64,000 bases of DNA from an uncultured bacterium. Lineage in GTDB: Bacteria > SAR324 > NAC60-12. The position numbers and the translations under genes are program-made. Of the stretch, positions 50,115-59,218 are shown piece by piece. Location of the stretch: contig CBFIJD010000007.1 in NCBI GenBank assembly GCA_965662845.1, positions 1-64,000 on the forward strand, given 5' to 3'. The notes beneath the pieces were generated by a model that saw only the letters and a program-made list of their open reading frames with translations, ran no database searches and was not told where the DNA came from. Each line of letters begins with the position of its first letter. Positions within the stretch are counted from its first letter, which is position 1.

Positions 50115-50204
50115 GCAGTGCTTTGGTAAGACAAGTTGGAATGTTTGGGAAGTGGACGCAGAAGACGGTCGCCCAAAGTGGGGATTTTGTGGTGCAATGA
50201 GAAA

Positions 50205-51227
50205 ATGATGAAAGAAAAAAATATAACCCGAACACAAACGGCTTTACAAGTCGAAGCCTCGCAACAAACCTTGCCGGATGAGTCGGATCTCATCATCCAC
50301 GAGTTGAATCAAAAACTCGCGGTGCTGCGGCAGCAACTGCTAAATTATGAGCACAAACGCTCCCGCAAGGCGGCTGCGGATCCGGAACATCAGCAAACCA
50401 CGCAGCGCCTCCGCGAGCGCATCGCGCGGCAGGAAGAGCAAGTCCAACGCCTCCGCGAAGAAAAAGCCGCCGCGCAGTTCCAAGCGGAGATGCTGCCCCG
50501 TACGGTCGACACCCTGCGCGAGCCTGTTACGCAGGTTCATGAACAGCTAGACCTGCTGCTTCAGAAAATTGAAGACCCAGAGGTGCGGCGAGCACTCCAG
50601 CAGTGTCAACAATTGGCGACACAAATGCTCGTCGACGCTGAGGCCCAATGTGCCTCCGCAGAAGAGATCAACAAGCACTACGAACCCCAAAAACGCGCCG
50701 TCGAATTGCTGCGATTTTTTCGCAATGTCGCGAGGAATTACACACAGAAAGAGGAATGTCCCCTGCGCCTTTTCGCTTCCCCCCGACTGCCCCAGCAAAT
50801 GCTGGTTGACCCTGCCGGTCTCCGTAGAGCCTTGGGCGCTTTGATGCAAGAGGCGCATCGCCGCAATCCTGACAAGCAGCTCCAGCTGCTGCTGCAACCC
50901 AAAGAGGGGCAGGCCTCTTCCGAATTGCAGATCACCATCAAAGGCGGCTCTCCGTGGCAGATCCCCCCCGTGGAGAGCTGGGGGCGCTACCTTGAGCACG
51001 CCATGACTGATGATCACAGCAACGATGAAGAAAAAGCTGAGTTGTTGGTGGGACGAAAGATTGTGCAGGCGCATCAGGGGAAAATCTCGTTGCGCCGCGA
51101 GGGGGGAGATGTCGTTGGGCTAGAGGTCAACTTGCCGCTAGCGGCTCCAAGCGCTCTGAACGGTCAGGCCTATCCAGCCAGCGCCCAGAGCAACCGCGAT
51201 GCTTCTACCACCGCGACGAATCCTTAG
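50205..51227 (+). CDS. Histidine-kinase-like pseudokinase (no phospho-His, degenerate ATP-binding domain)
   Basis: Coiled coil, VDTLREPV at the H-box position, DPAGLRRALGAL at the N-box, RKIVQAHQGKI...LP. Confidence 0.65.
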   Translation: MMKEKNITRTQTALQVEASQQTLPDESDLIIHELNQKLAVLRQQLLNYEHKRSRKAAADPEHQQTTQRLRERIARQEEQVQRLREEKAAAQFQAEMLPRTVDTLREPVTQVHEQLDLLLQKIEDPEVRRALQQCQQLATQMLVDAEAQCASAEEINKHYEPQKRAVELLRFFRNVARNYTQKEECPLRLFASPRLPQQMLVDPAGLRRALGALMQEAHRRNPDKQLQLLLQPKEGQASSELQITIKGGSPWQIPPVESWGRYLEHAMTDDHSNDEEKAELLVGRKIVQAHQGKISLRREGGDVVGLEVNLPLAAPSALNGQAYPASAQSNRDASTTATNP

Positions 51228-51232
51228 TTTTG

Positions 51233-51637
51233 TTAGGCCGTGCCCGACTGGGAAGACGAAGCCTGAGCCTCTGCTTTTGTCGCCGCCTGATTCTGCTCTA
51301 CGCGCTCTTGCATCTTATCTTGCCCTTTCTCAAAAGCGCTCGCTAGCGATTCCAGCTTTTCACCTGTGCTCATCTTCGATAAGTTCAGCGTTCCCATTTT
51401 GTTGGCCACCCCACCAAAGTCATTCTCGAACGATTGCTTGATCTCCTTGACCTCCAAATCCCGTTCGAGATTGTCCATTTCGGTCTGCACGGTGTTGCGC
51501 ACCTCGTTGGTCGCCCGCTTGAACTCCACAAGTCCTTTGCCAACCGAACGCAACACTCCTGGCAGTTGCTTGGGGCCAATAAAAATCAGAGCCACGACAG
51601 TGATCAGGATAAGCTCTGGAAGACCGATTCCGAACAT
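51233..51637 (-). CDS. tatB: Twin-arginine translocase TatA/TatB-family subunit
   Basis: MFGIGLPEL...IGPKQLP...GKGLVEFKRA; the GP hinge suggests TatB. Confidence 0.75.
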   Translation of the reverse strand: MFGIGLPELILITVVALIFIGPKQLPGVLRSVGKGLVEFKRATNEVRNTVQTEMDNLERDLEVKEIKQSFENDFGGVANKMGTLNLSKMSTGEKLESLASAFEKGQDKMQERVEQNQAATKAEAQASSSQSGTA

Positions 51638-51705
51638 GATTGCTCCTTTTTGACGAACACGTTGCAAAAGCCTGCACTTATATCCTTCCCGCCGAGGAAA
51701 CGCAA

Positions 51706-53517
51706 ATGCCCGCTGACTTTATCGCTGTCTTAGATTTTGGTAGCCAATATGCCCACCTGATCGCCAAACGCATCCGCCACTTGGGGTTTTTCACAGAAAT
51801 CTTTGCGCCATCTGTGGAGACCCAGCGCCTGCGCGACGCCAAAGGCATTATCTTGTCGGGTGGTCCAGCGTCTGTTTTTGACAACGCGGCGCCAGCGCTC
51901 AACCCAGAGATCCTCACCCTGTCGCAGCCGATGCTAGGGCTTTGCTACGGTCATCAGCTGATTGCCCAGCACTTTGGTGGAACCGTCGCGAATACAGGAC
52001 AAGGCGAGTTTGGGAAGGCGCAGCTGCGTCTGATAAAGACCTCTCCACTTTGGGAACAAGTGCCCGAAACCTCACAAGTCTGGATGAGCCATCAAGACAG
52101 CGTGACGCAGCCTCCGCCAGGCTTTGACGTGATCGCCGAGACTCTCCCCGGCTCCATCGCGGCGATGCAGCACCAGACGCGCCCGCTCTTCACATTGCAG
52201 TTTCACCCAGAAGTCACAGACTCCCAATGCGGCACCCAAATCCTGCACAACTTTGTGAAGCAGTGTAGCGCGAACAAGAGCTGGAGTATGGAGCGCTTCA
52301 TCGAAGCGACGACGCAGCAGCTGCAAGCGGAGGTTGGCGAGCGCAATGTGTTGATGTTTCTCAGCGGCGGTGTGGACTCTTCCGTCGCATTTGCGCTGCT
52401 CACCAAAGCGCTGGGCACGGAGCGGGTGCTCGGGCTGTTCATCGACAACGGCTTCTTGCGGAAAAACGAAGCCGCGCAGATCATGGAGCGCTACACAGCG
52501 CTAGGGCTCACGAACGTTCGCGCCCGCGACTGCGCTGAGCAATTTCTGCAGGCTATCGCTGGCGAGGTCGACCCACAGCGCAAACGTCAGTCTGTCGGCG
52601 CGACGTTTATTCATCGGCTCAACGCGTTCTTGCAAGAACTCAATCTTGACCCAGAACGCTGGATGCTCGGGCAAGGTACGCTCTATCCTGATATCATCGA
52701 GTCAGGGGGAACCGAGCACGCCAACGTAATCAAATCGCATCACAACCGCGTGCAAGAAGTCCAAGACTTGATGGAGGCCGGACAGGTCGTGGAGCCGCTC
52801 AAAGAACTCTACAAAGACGAAGTGCGACAAGTTGGAGAGCTGCTCGGTCTACCGCGCGAGATCGTCTGGCGACAGCCGTTCCCCGGCCCTGGGCTCTCCA
52901 TCAACGTACTCTGCGATGATGGGAACACGCCGCTGCGACACGCTTCTCCCGAGACGCTACAAGCTCTGCAAACCTTCGCTTCTGCCACGACGGACCTCTC
53001 GTTGCTGCCTGTACGCTCGGTCGGCGTGCAAGGAGACCAGCGCACCTACACCCAGCCCGCTGTGATCCTCGGAGCGAACGACTGGGACTGGCTCGAAGAG
53101 ACCTCGATTGCGATTACAAATCAAATCCGCGCTGTGAACCGCGTGGTGGCGTATTTGCCGCCAGAACCCGCGACACGGCTGCCTCATTGGAAGTCTCGCC
53201 GCGCTTTCTGCGACCAACCTCGCCTTGACCTACTGCGCGACGCGGAGGAGATCGTCAGCGCCACCTTTGCGCGTCATGGTTGGATGGAGCGCATCTTCCA
53301 GCTACTTGTGATCCTCCTGCCAATCTCGCAAACTGGGACGCAAGACAGCGTCGTGCTCCGACCTGTGATCTCCGAAGATGTGATGACGGCCCGCTTTGCG
53401 CCGATCGGCTGGGACGTCGTGCAAGAGACGCTCACCCAACTCTACGCCTTGAGCGGTATTGACTCGGTCTTTTTTGATGTGACGCACAAGCCACCAGCTA
53501 CGTTTGGTTGGGAATAG
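51706..53517 (+). CDS. guaA: GMP synthase (glutamine-hydrolysing), long form
   Basis: LDFGSQY, GLCYGHQ, QFHPEV, SGGVDS, IKSHHN, PFPGPGL, KPPAT..WE. Confidence 0.96.
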   Translation: MPADFIAVLDFGSQYAHLIAKRIRHLGFFTEIFAPSVETQRLRDAKGIILSGGPASVFDNAAPALNPEILTLSQPMLGLCYGHQLIAQHFGGTVANTGQGEFGKAQLRLIKTSPLWEQVPETSQVWMSHQDSVTQPPPGFDVIAETLPGSIAAMQHQTRPLFTLQFHPEVTDSQCGTQILHNFVKQCSANKSWSMERFIEATTQQLQAEVGERNVLMFLSGGVDSSVAFALLTKALGTERVLGLFIDNGFLRKNEAAQIMERYTALGLTNVRARDCAEQFLQAIAGEVDPQRKRQSVGATFIHRLNAFLQELNLDPERWMLGQGTLYPDIIESGGTEHANVIKSHHNRVQEVQDLMEAGQVVEPLKELYKDEVRQVGELLGLPREIVWRQPFPGPGLSINVLCDDGNTPLRHASPETLQALQTFASATTDLSLLPVRSVGVQGDQRTYTQPAVILGANDWDWLEETSIAITNQIRAVNRVVAYLPPEPATRLPHWKSRRAFCDQPRLDLLRDAEEIVSATFARHGWMERIFQLLVILLPISQTGTQDSVVLRPVISEDVMTARFAPIGWDVVQETLTQLYALSGIDSVFFDVTHKPPATFGWE

Positions 53518-53557
53518 CAATCATCTGTGAATCATTCATGAAGAGAAGGTAGGCCTT

Positions 53558-54094
53558 ATGGTCATTTCCCGTCCACTCCAGCTTCCTCGCACCGAAGACA
53601 TCCACGAAGAGAACCTTGTGCCGGTGGTTCGCCAACTTGCCAGTGCGGTGAGTGAACTGACGGACGTACAGAACAGCCGCGACATGCAGCTCGTCAACGC
53701 GATTGGCGACGTCAAAACAGAGGTGAAAGGCTTGCGCAAAGAGTTTGAAACTTCCCGCAAGGACTCGAACGCTCGCCTGGATCAAACGAACAGCCGCTTA
53801 GATCAAACGAACAGCCGTCTGGAAGAGACGAACAGCCGCCTAGATCAAACCAACAGTCGTCTGGATCAAACGAACCAGCGCCTTGACAACCTGCATGACG
53901 ACTTTGGTCAACTCCGCGCAGAGTTCGAAGGCTTTCGCTCCGACGCGAACCAGCGTCTGGATCAAACGAACCAGCGTCTGGACCAAACGAACAGCCGTCT
54001 GGACCAAACGAACCAGCGTCTGGAGAACCTAGAGCACTCACAGTCCGAGATGGTCGAGTTGCTCAAAATGATCGCTCACAACACCTCGAAGTGA
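53558..54094 (+). CDS. Coiled-coil protein with RLDQTN(S/Q) heptad repeats
   Basis: 178-aa ORF; the repeat variation is largely at synonymous positions, supporting this frame. Confidence 0.8.
   Translation: MVISRPLQLPRTEDIHEENLVPVVRQLASAVSELTDVQNSRDMQLVNAIGDVKTEVKGLRKEFETSRKDSNARLDQTNSRLDQTNSRLEETNSRLDQTNSRLDQTNQRLDNLHDDFGQLRAEFEGFRSDANQRLDQTNQRLDQTNSRLDQTNQRLENLEHSQSEMVELLKMIAHNTSK
53774..53878 (+). repeat. 21-bp tandem repeat, block 1 (5 units)
   Basis: Units of the type cgtctggatcaaacgaacagc encoding RLDQTNS/RLEETNS/RLDQTNQ. Confidence 0.92.
53954..54016 (+). repeat. 21-bp tandem repeat, block 2 (3 units)
   Basis: RLDQTNQ-RLDQTNS-RLDQTNQ. Confidence 0.92.
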
Positions 54095-54109
54095 CCGCAA
54101 TAGCCACAA

Positions 54110-54613
54110 ATGAATCCCCAAGATCCCCTCGCTGAGTTGCGTGAGATTGTCATCCCGCCTCCACCGTCGTTCTGGCCGCTGGCGCCGGGGTGGTGGCTCG
54201 CGCTCGCGTTGCTGCTCACCGTTCTGTTAGTCCTCAGTTGGCTGACGTGGCGCTGGTGGCGCCGTACGGCGCCGCGGCGGATGGCTCTGCGCCAGTTGCA
54301 AGCGCTGCGAACAGAGCTTCACGCTGCAGAGGACACGCTGCTGATAGTGCGGCGTTTGTCACAGCTGTTGCGTGAGACGGCGTTGCGCTGTCACCCGTGG
54401 GAACGAGTTGCCGGATTGCACGGACAAGCGTGGTTGGAATTTCTCGACAGCACTGGTGGTGCGCAACAATTCACCCAAGGTGAGGGCAAAATCCTCGCAG
54501 AAGCTCCTTATCGCGCCGAAGTGCAAGATGTCGAGCCTGCGAGGCTGTTCCCCATTTGCCAAGCTTGGATTCGCCAACAACGGCTCCCTTCTTCCCGCAG
54601 TGCTCATGCTTGA
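54110..54613 (+). CDS. DUF4381-family protein (MoxR/Bat operon member)
   Basis: DPLAELREI..P...WPLAPGWW, AGLHGQAWLEFLD. Confidence 0.85.
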   Translation: MNPQDPLAELREIVIPPPPSFWPLAPGWWLALALLLTVLLVLSWLTWRWWRRTAPRRMALRQLQALRTELHAAEDTLLIVRRLSQLLRETALRCHPWERVAGLHGQAWLEFLDSTGGAQQFTQGEGKILAEAPYRAEVQDVEPARLFPICQAWIRQQRLPSSRSAHA

Positions 54614-55628
54614 ATTTCTCTGGCCTTGGCTCGCGCTCGCGTGGCCGCTTCCCTTGCTGATTCGGTGGTTTTGGTCGGCAGAGGCTACTCCTCCAGCGGC
54701 GCTGCGTGTTCCGTTCCTGCATCGCTTGCAGCAGCTCTCTGCGGCGCAAGAGTCGCCGTTGCCACGTCGTTCGTGGGCACCATTGGCGTTCGCGTTGTTG
54801 TTGTGGACGCTCCTCGTTATCGCGGCGCTGCGTCCGCAGTGGGTAGGTGATCCCATTGAGCTGCCGGTCTCTGGGCGCAGCTTGATGTTAGCGGTCGATT
54901 TGTCAGGTAGCATGAAAGAAGAAGATTTGCAGCTTCGCGGAGACTACGTCACGCGCTTGACGGTCGTGCAGTCGGTTTTGGAGGAGTTCATTGCGCGGCG
55001 GGAAGGCGATCGCCTCGGGCTGATTTTGTTCGGTGAGCAGGCGTACTTGCAGACGCCGCTGACTTTTGATCGCAACACGATTCAGCAAATGCTGCGCGAA
55101 GCCGTGATTGGACTGGCGGGGGAACGTACGGCCATCGGGAACGCGATTGGGCTCGGGGTGAAGCGCTTGCAAGAGCTGGAAGAGTCGGAGCGCGTGCTGA
55201 TCTTGTTGACGGACGGGGCAAACACGGCGGGTGACATCTCCCCAGGACAAGCAGCGCGGCTCGCGGCGCAGGCAGGCATTCGCATCTATACGATTGGTGT
55301 CGGTGCTGATGAAATGCTGGTGCGCACCTTCTTCGGGACGCAACGGGTCAATCCTTCTCGTGACCTTGATGAGCAGCTGCTACAGAGCATCGCTGTTCAA
55401 ACGGGAGGCCGCTACTTCCGCGCTCGCAGCACGCAAGAGCTGGCGCAAATTTATCAACTCCTCGATGAGTTGGAACCCGTCGAACGCGACGCCGAAGTCT
55501 TTCGCCCACTGCAACCGCTCTACCTCTATCCGCTGGGGCTCGCCTTGTTGTTGAGCGCGCTGTGGGTGCTTCGCGACCTCTGGCGACAAAACATCGCTCC
55601 TCGCCTCCGCAAGCCAGCGCATGGCTGA
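54606..55628 (+). CDS. VWA-domain membrane protein (BatA-like)
   Basis: LRPQWVG, MIDAS DLSGSM, GDRLGLILFG, TAIGNAIG, LLTDGANT. Confidence 0.92.
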   Translation: MLEFLWPWLALAWPLPLLIRWFWSAEATPPAALRVPFLHRLQQLSAAQESPLPRRSWAPLAFALLLWTLLVIAALRPQWVGDPIELPVSGRSLMLAVDLSGSMKEEDLQLRGDYVTRLTVVQSVLEEFIARREGDRLGLILFGEQAYLQTPLTFDRNTIQQMLREAVIGLAGERTAIGNAIGLGVKRLQELEESERVLILLTDGANTAGDISPGQAARLAAQAGIRIYTIGVGADEMLVRTFFGTQRVNPSRDLDEQLLQSIAVQTGGRYFRARSTQELAQIYQLLDELEPVERDAEVFRPLQPLYLYPLGLALLLSALWVLRDLWRQNIAPRLRKPAHG

Positions 55629-56577
55629 GTTCCCGCTCCCGGCCTCGCTGCTGCCTCTGCTGTTTGCGCAGAGTCCACACGGGCTGCTGCTGGTGCAACA
55701 TGACCAAATCCTCCGCGCTAACCCGGCGGCGCAGCGCTGGCTGTCCCTCTCGGTTTCTCTGCCGTGCGCGCTCCGCGACGTGTTGCCAGAGGTCGCCGGA
55801 TCGTTCCAGACACAGCACCTGCGGTTGAGAGATCAACGGTCTGGGACGCTGCGTTGGTTCCCGTTAGAGCAAGATCATTGGCTCGCGCAACTGGAAGCCT
55901 CCGAGAGCTTGGAACCTCGCCACGCTCGCAAAGAAGGCATCGGAGATGCGACCTCGGCGCTGGCTCACGAGCTGCGCACACCACTCGCCACGATTCGGAT
56001 GATCACAGAGAATTTCCAGCTTCGCCAACAGCTTGGCAAAGAGCTAACGCTGGAGAACTTCGCCAAGTTGCCAGACATCGTCGAGCAGTGTGACCAGATT
56101 CTGGAGACGATGCTCGCGCTCGGGCGTAGCCCTGAGTTTGACCAGCCGGCAGTCCTGCCGCTCAACAAGCTGGTGAAGAGCGCTCTACTGCTGCAAAAGC
56201 GTTGGCTCTCTCGTCAGCAGGTGCAACTTCAGCGAGAGTTCTGTGACAGAGAGCCTGTTGTGCGCTGCAAACCATCGCAGTTTGAGCAAACTCTGGGAGC
56301 GCTCTGTCAATTTTTGATTTTACATACACCCTTTCATCAGAGAGAGCGGACGCTACAAACGAAGACGCTAGTAGCGGGAGAACAGGCGGAATTGGAGCTG
56401 CGCACAGCGAGAGAGGGAGGCGAGGTGAGCTTGGCGGAAAAGTGGGCTCATTTGCGGGCAGCGCTCGCAGAACACGGAGGCGAGCTGCGTGATGAGAGCA
56501 CCTCCGAGCAATTTTGTGTGCGGTGGCAGCTACCCTTGCTGGGGTTCGCCGACGAACTGCTGCACGACGGGACGTAA
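55621..56577 (+). CDS. PAS-like plus HisKA protein with degenerate HATPase (possible phosphotransferase)
   Basis: ANPAA PAS motif; intact ALAHELRTPL; no N-box Asn and no G1/G2 glycine boxes. Confidence 0.7.
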   Translation: MAEFPLPASLLPLLFAQSPHGLLLVQHDQILRANPAAQRWLSLSVSLPCALRDVLPEVAGSFQTQHLRLRDQRSGTLRWFPLEQDHWLAQLEASESLEPRHARKEGIGDATSALAHELRTPLATIRMITENFQLRQQLGKELTLENFAKLPDIVEQCDQILETMLALGRSPEFDQPAVLPLNKLVKSALLLQKRWLSRQQVQLQREFCDREPVVRCKPSQFEQTLGALCQFLILHTPFHQRERTLQTKTLVAGEQAELELRTAREGGEVSLAEKWAHLRAALAEHGGELRDESTSEQFCVRWQLPLLGFADELLHDGT

Positions 56578-57174
56578 GGTCTCTAGCACCGTGTCCGCCA
56601 TGATTTTGTGCCCTGCGGGGTTTGGGTGAATGCCATCTGGCAGGTTCAGCGAGCGCACGCCGCCGACATCTTGTAAGAGGAAGGGCACCATGGGGAGCTG
56701 GTAAGCTTCGGCGACTTCAAAGAAAGCTTGGCGGTAGGCGGTCGTGTATTCCTCGCCGTAGTTCATCGGCATCTGCATGCCTGTCATCACCACGCGGACA
56801 TTCTCGGCTTGTGCCATCTCAATCGCTTTGGAGAGGTTCTCCTTCATGCTCCCCACGTCGAGCCCTCGGAGTCCGTCATTGGCGCCTAACGCCAACAACA
56901 TGATGTGCGGCTTCTGGCGCAGGTACCACTTCAGCCGACTGGGAGCGCTGGCGCTTGTGGCCCCACTGAAGCCACCGTTGATCATCTTTACGTCAAAGCC
57001 TTCGGTGCGTAACTGCTGTTCCACGATGTACGGAAACGCCTCATCTTCAGCGACGCCAAAGCCCTCGGTGAGGGAGTCACCCAACGCCAAAATTCTCACT
57101 TCCGCCATTGCTCCCAAGGGAAAAAAGCCGCACACTGTCAGCACCAAAATCACGAAGTAGCTGATTTTCTTCAT
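56530..57174 (-). CDS. Arylesterase/acyl-CoA thioesterase I (SGNH, TesA-like)
   Basis: Signal peptide; GDSLT, LGANDGLRG, DGIHP. Confidence 0.92.
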   Translation of the reverse strand: MKKISYFVILVLTVCGFFPLGAMAEVRILALGDSLTEGFGVAEDEAFPYIVEQQLRTEGFDVKMINGGFSGATSASAPSRLKWYLRQKPHIMLLALGANDGLRGLDVGSMKENLSKAIEMAQAENVRVVMTGMQMPMNYGEEYTTAYRQAFFEVAEAYQLPMVPFLLQDVGGVRSLNLPDGIHPNPAGHKIMADTVLETLRPVVQQFVGEPQQG

Positions 57175-57213
57175 CGTTCTCCTTTGCTCAAGAGTTCTTG
57201 AAAGACCTCTCTG

Positions 57214-57242
57214 AGTCTAACGACGCTTTGCCACGCTGACAA
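57214..57242 (-). promoter_or_regulatory. Sigma70 promoter of the tesA-like gene
   Basis: TTGTCA-N17-TAGACT on the minus strand. Confidence 0.6.
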
Positions 57243-57245
57243 CTC

Positions 57246-58331
57246 ATGACTGCATACATCCTCCGCCGCTTGCTGCTGATGGTCCCCACACTGATTGGAA
57301 TCATGACCATCAACTTTGTGATTGTGCAGATCGCGCCGGGCGGTCCCGTAGATCAGTTCATCGCGCGGATGCAAGGACACGGCGGCATGGACGCGACGGC
57401 ACGCCTCACCAACACCGCGAACGAGAACGCTGGGAGCTCAAGCGCAGAATCCAAGACGCGCGGGGCACAAGGCATTGACCCCGACTTGTTACGTGAGATT
57501 GAGAAGTTGTATGGCTTCGACAAGCCGGCACATGAGCGATACGTCGACATGCTCGTCAACTATGCGGTGTTTGACTTTGGCGAGAGCTTTTATCGCGACC
57601 GCACGGTGACGGAATTGATTCTGGAGAAGCTGCCGGTCTCGGCCTCGTTGGGCATCTGGAGCACGCTGCTGGTCTATCTGGTGTGCATCCCGCTGGGCAT
57701 CCGAAAAGCGGTGCGTCACGGCTCGCGCTTTGACGTCTGGACCTCGACCACGATCATTATCGGCAACGCGATCCCCGTGTTTTTGTTTGCGATTCTGCTG
57801 ATCATTTTGTTTGCGGGAGGCAATTACCTCAACTGGTTCCCGCTGCGAGGACTGACGTCGGATCACTTCGCCGAGCTCAGCCTCTTCGGACAAATCCTCG
57901 ACTATTTCTGGCACCTCGCCTTGCCATTGACCGCGATTGTGATTGGCAGCTTCGCCACGTTGACCATGCTCACCAAGAACTCCTTCCTCGATGAAATCGG
58001 CAAGCAATACGTCGTGACCGCCCGCGCCAAAGGCTTGCCCGAACGCCGCGTGCTCTACGGACACGTCTTCCGCAACGCGATGCTGATCATCATCGCAGGG
58101 TTCCCAGCGGCGTTCATCAGCATGTTCTTCACGGGCTCGCTGTTGATTGAGGTGATCTTCTCCCTTGATGGGCTCGGTTTGCTCGGCTTTGAAGCGACGA
58201 TCCAGCGTGACTATCCCGTTATGTTCGGTACGCTGTATATCTTCACGCTGCTCGGTCTCATCGTGAACCTCATCAGCGACGTGCTCTACACCGTGATTGA
58301 TCCCCGCATCGACTTTGAAGCGCGGGGGTAG
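57246..58331 (+). CDS. yejB: Microcin C/oligopeptide ABC permease YejB
   Basis: [49 protein letters not shown]. Confidence 0.92.
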   Translation: MTAYILRRLLLMVPTLIGIMTINFVIVQIAPGGPVDQFIARMQGHGGMDATARLTNTANENAGSSSAESKTRGAQGIDPDLLREIEKLYGFDKPAHERYVDMLVNYAVFDFGESFYRDRTVTELILEKLPVSASLGIWSTLLVYLVCIPLGIRKAVRHGSRFDVWTSTTIIIGNAIPVFLFAILLIILFAGGNYLNWFPLRGLTSDHFAELSLFGQILDYFWHLALPLTAIVIGSFATLTMLTKNSFLDEIGKQYVVTARAKGLPERRVLYGHVFRNAMLIIIAGFPAAFISMFFTGSLLIEVIFSLDGLGLLGFEATIQRDYPVMFGTLYIFTLLGLIVNLISDVLYTVIDPRIDFEARG

Positions 58332-58389
58332 CGTCCGCAAATGTCGTCGGACGCACGAGCGCACGTCGAAACACCCCACACAGGAACGC

Positions 58390-59217
58390 ATGTCCCGCTC
58401 TCGCTGGCTCGGATTTCTCATCTTTTGCGGATTTCTTGGATTATCCACCCAACTTCTGGCGGCTCCCTCTGCCGAGCTGTGGCCCCGCTGGGAGGCGCAC
58501 AATTCGAGCGCCTCAGCACAGATCGACCATACGCCTTGGGACGAGTTTCTGTCCCGCTTTCTGGACGCCAACACGGCCTCTGGCATTCACCTGATGCGCT
58601 ACGCGCAAGTGGACGCAGCCTCGCGTCAGCGACTGCAACGCTACCTGCAACAGTTACAAAACACGCCGATTTCGCAGTTCAACCGCGACGAACAGATGGC
58701 GTTCTGGATCAATCTCTACAACGCCCGCACCGTCGAGTTGATTCTGCAGGAAGCTCCGGTTTCTTCGATTACCGACATTTCGTTTAGCCTCTTCAGCTTT
58801 GGGCCGTGGGGCGAAGAGCTGCTGACCGTCGAGAACGAAAGGCTCTCGCTAGACGACATCGAGCACCGCATCTTGCGCCCCATCTGGAGAGACCCACGCA
58901 TTCACTACGCGGTGAACTGCGCCAGCCTCGGGTGCCCCAACTTGCAACCCAAAGCCTTCACCGCGGCGACCTTAGAAGCGCAGCTCGAACAAGCCGCCCG
59001 CGAGTTTGTGAACCACCCCCGCGGGGTCCGCTTTGAAGGCGAAGCCTTAATCCTCTCCAAAATTTACGATTGGTTTCAGGAAGATTTTGGGGCTCACGAA
59101 GCGGACGTCCTCCGCCACCTGGTGCTCTATGCCGAACCAGAGTTGGCCGAACGCTTGCGGTCTTTCGAGGGAGAGATCGACTACGAATATGACTGGAATC
59201 TCAACGAGGAGCGCTGA
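58390..59217 (+). CDS. Exported DUF547-domain protein
   Basis: Signal peptide; AFWINLYNA, LDDIEH.ILR, DPRIHYAVNCASLGCP, SKIYDWF.EDF, YDWNLN. Confidence 0.88.
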   Translation: MSRSRWLGFLIFCGFLGLSTQLLAAPSAELWPRWEAHNSSASAQIDHTPWDEFLSRFLDANTASGIHLMRYAQVDAASRQRLQRYLQQLQNTPISQFNRDEQMAFWINLYNARTVELILQEAPVSSITDISFSLFSFGPWGEELLTVENERLSLDDIEHRILRPIWRDPRIHYAVNCASLGCPNLQPKAFTAATLEAQLEQAAREFVNHPRGVRFEGEALILSKIYDWFQEDFGAHEADVLRHLVLYAEPELAERLRSFEGEIDYEYDWNLNEER

Positions 59218-59218
59218 C

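Noticed and set aside
53774..54016. Regular repeats as a possible CRISPR array
   Set aside because: Head-to-tail 21-bp units with no spacers, in-frame coding with synonymous variation, and no cas genes
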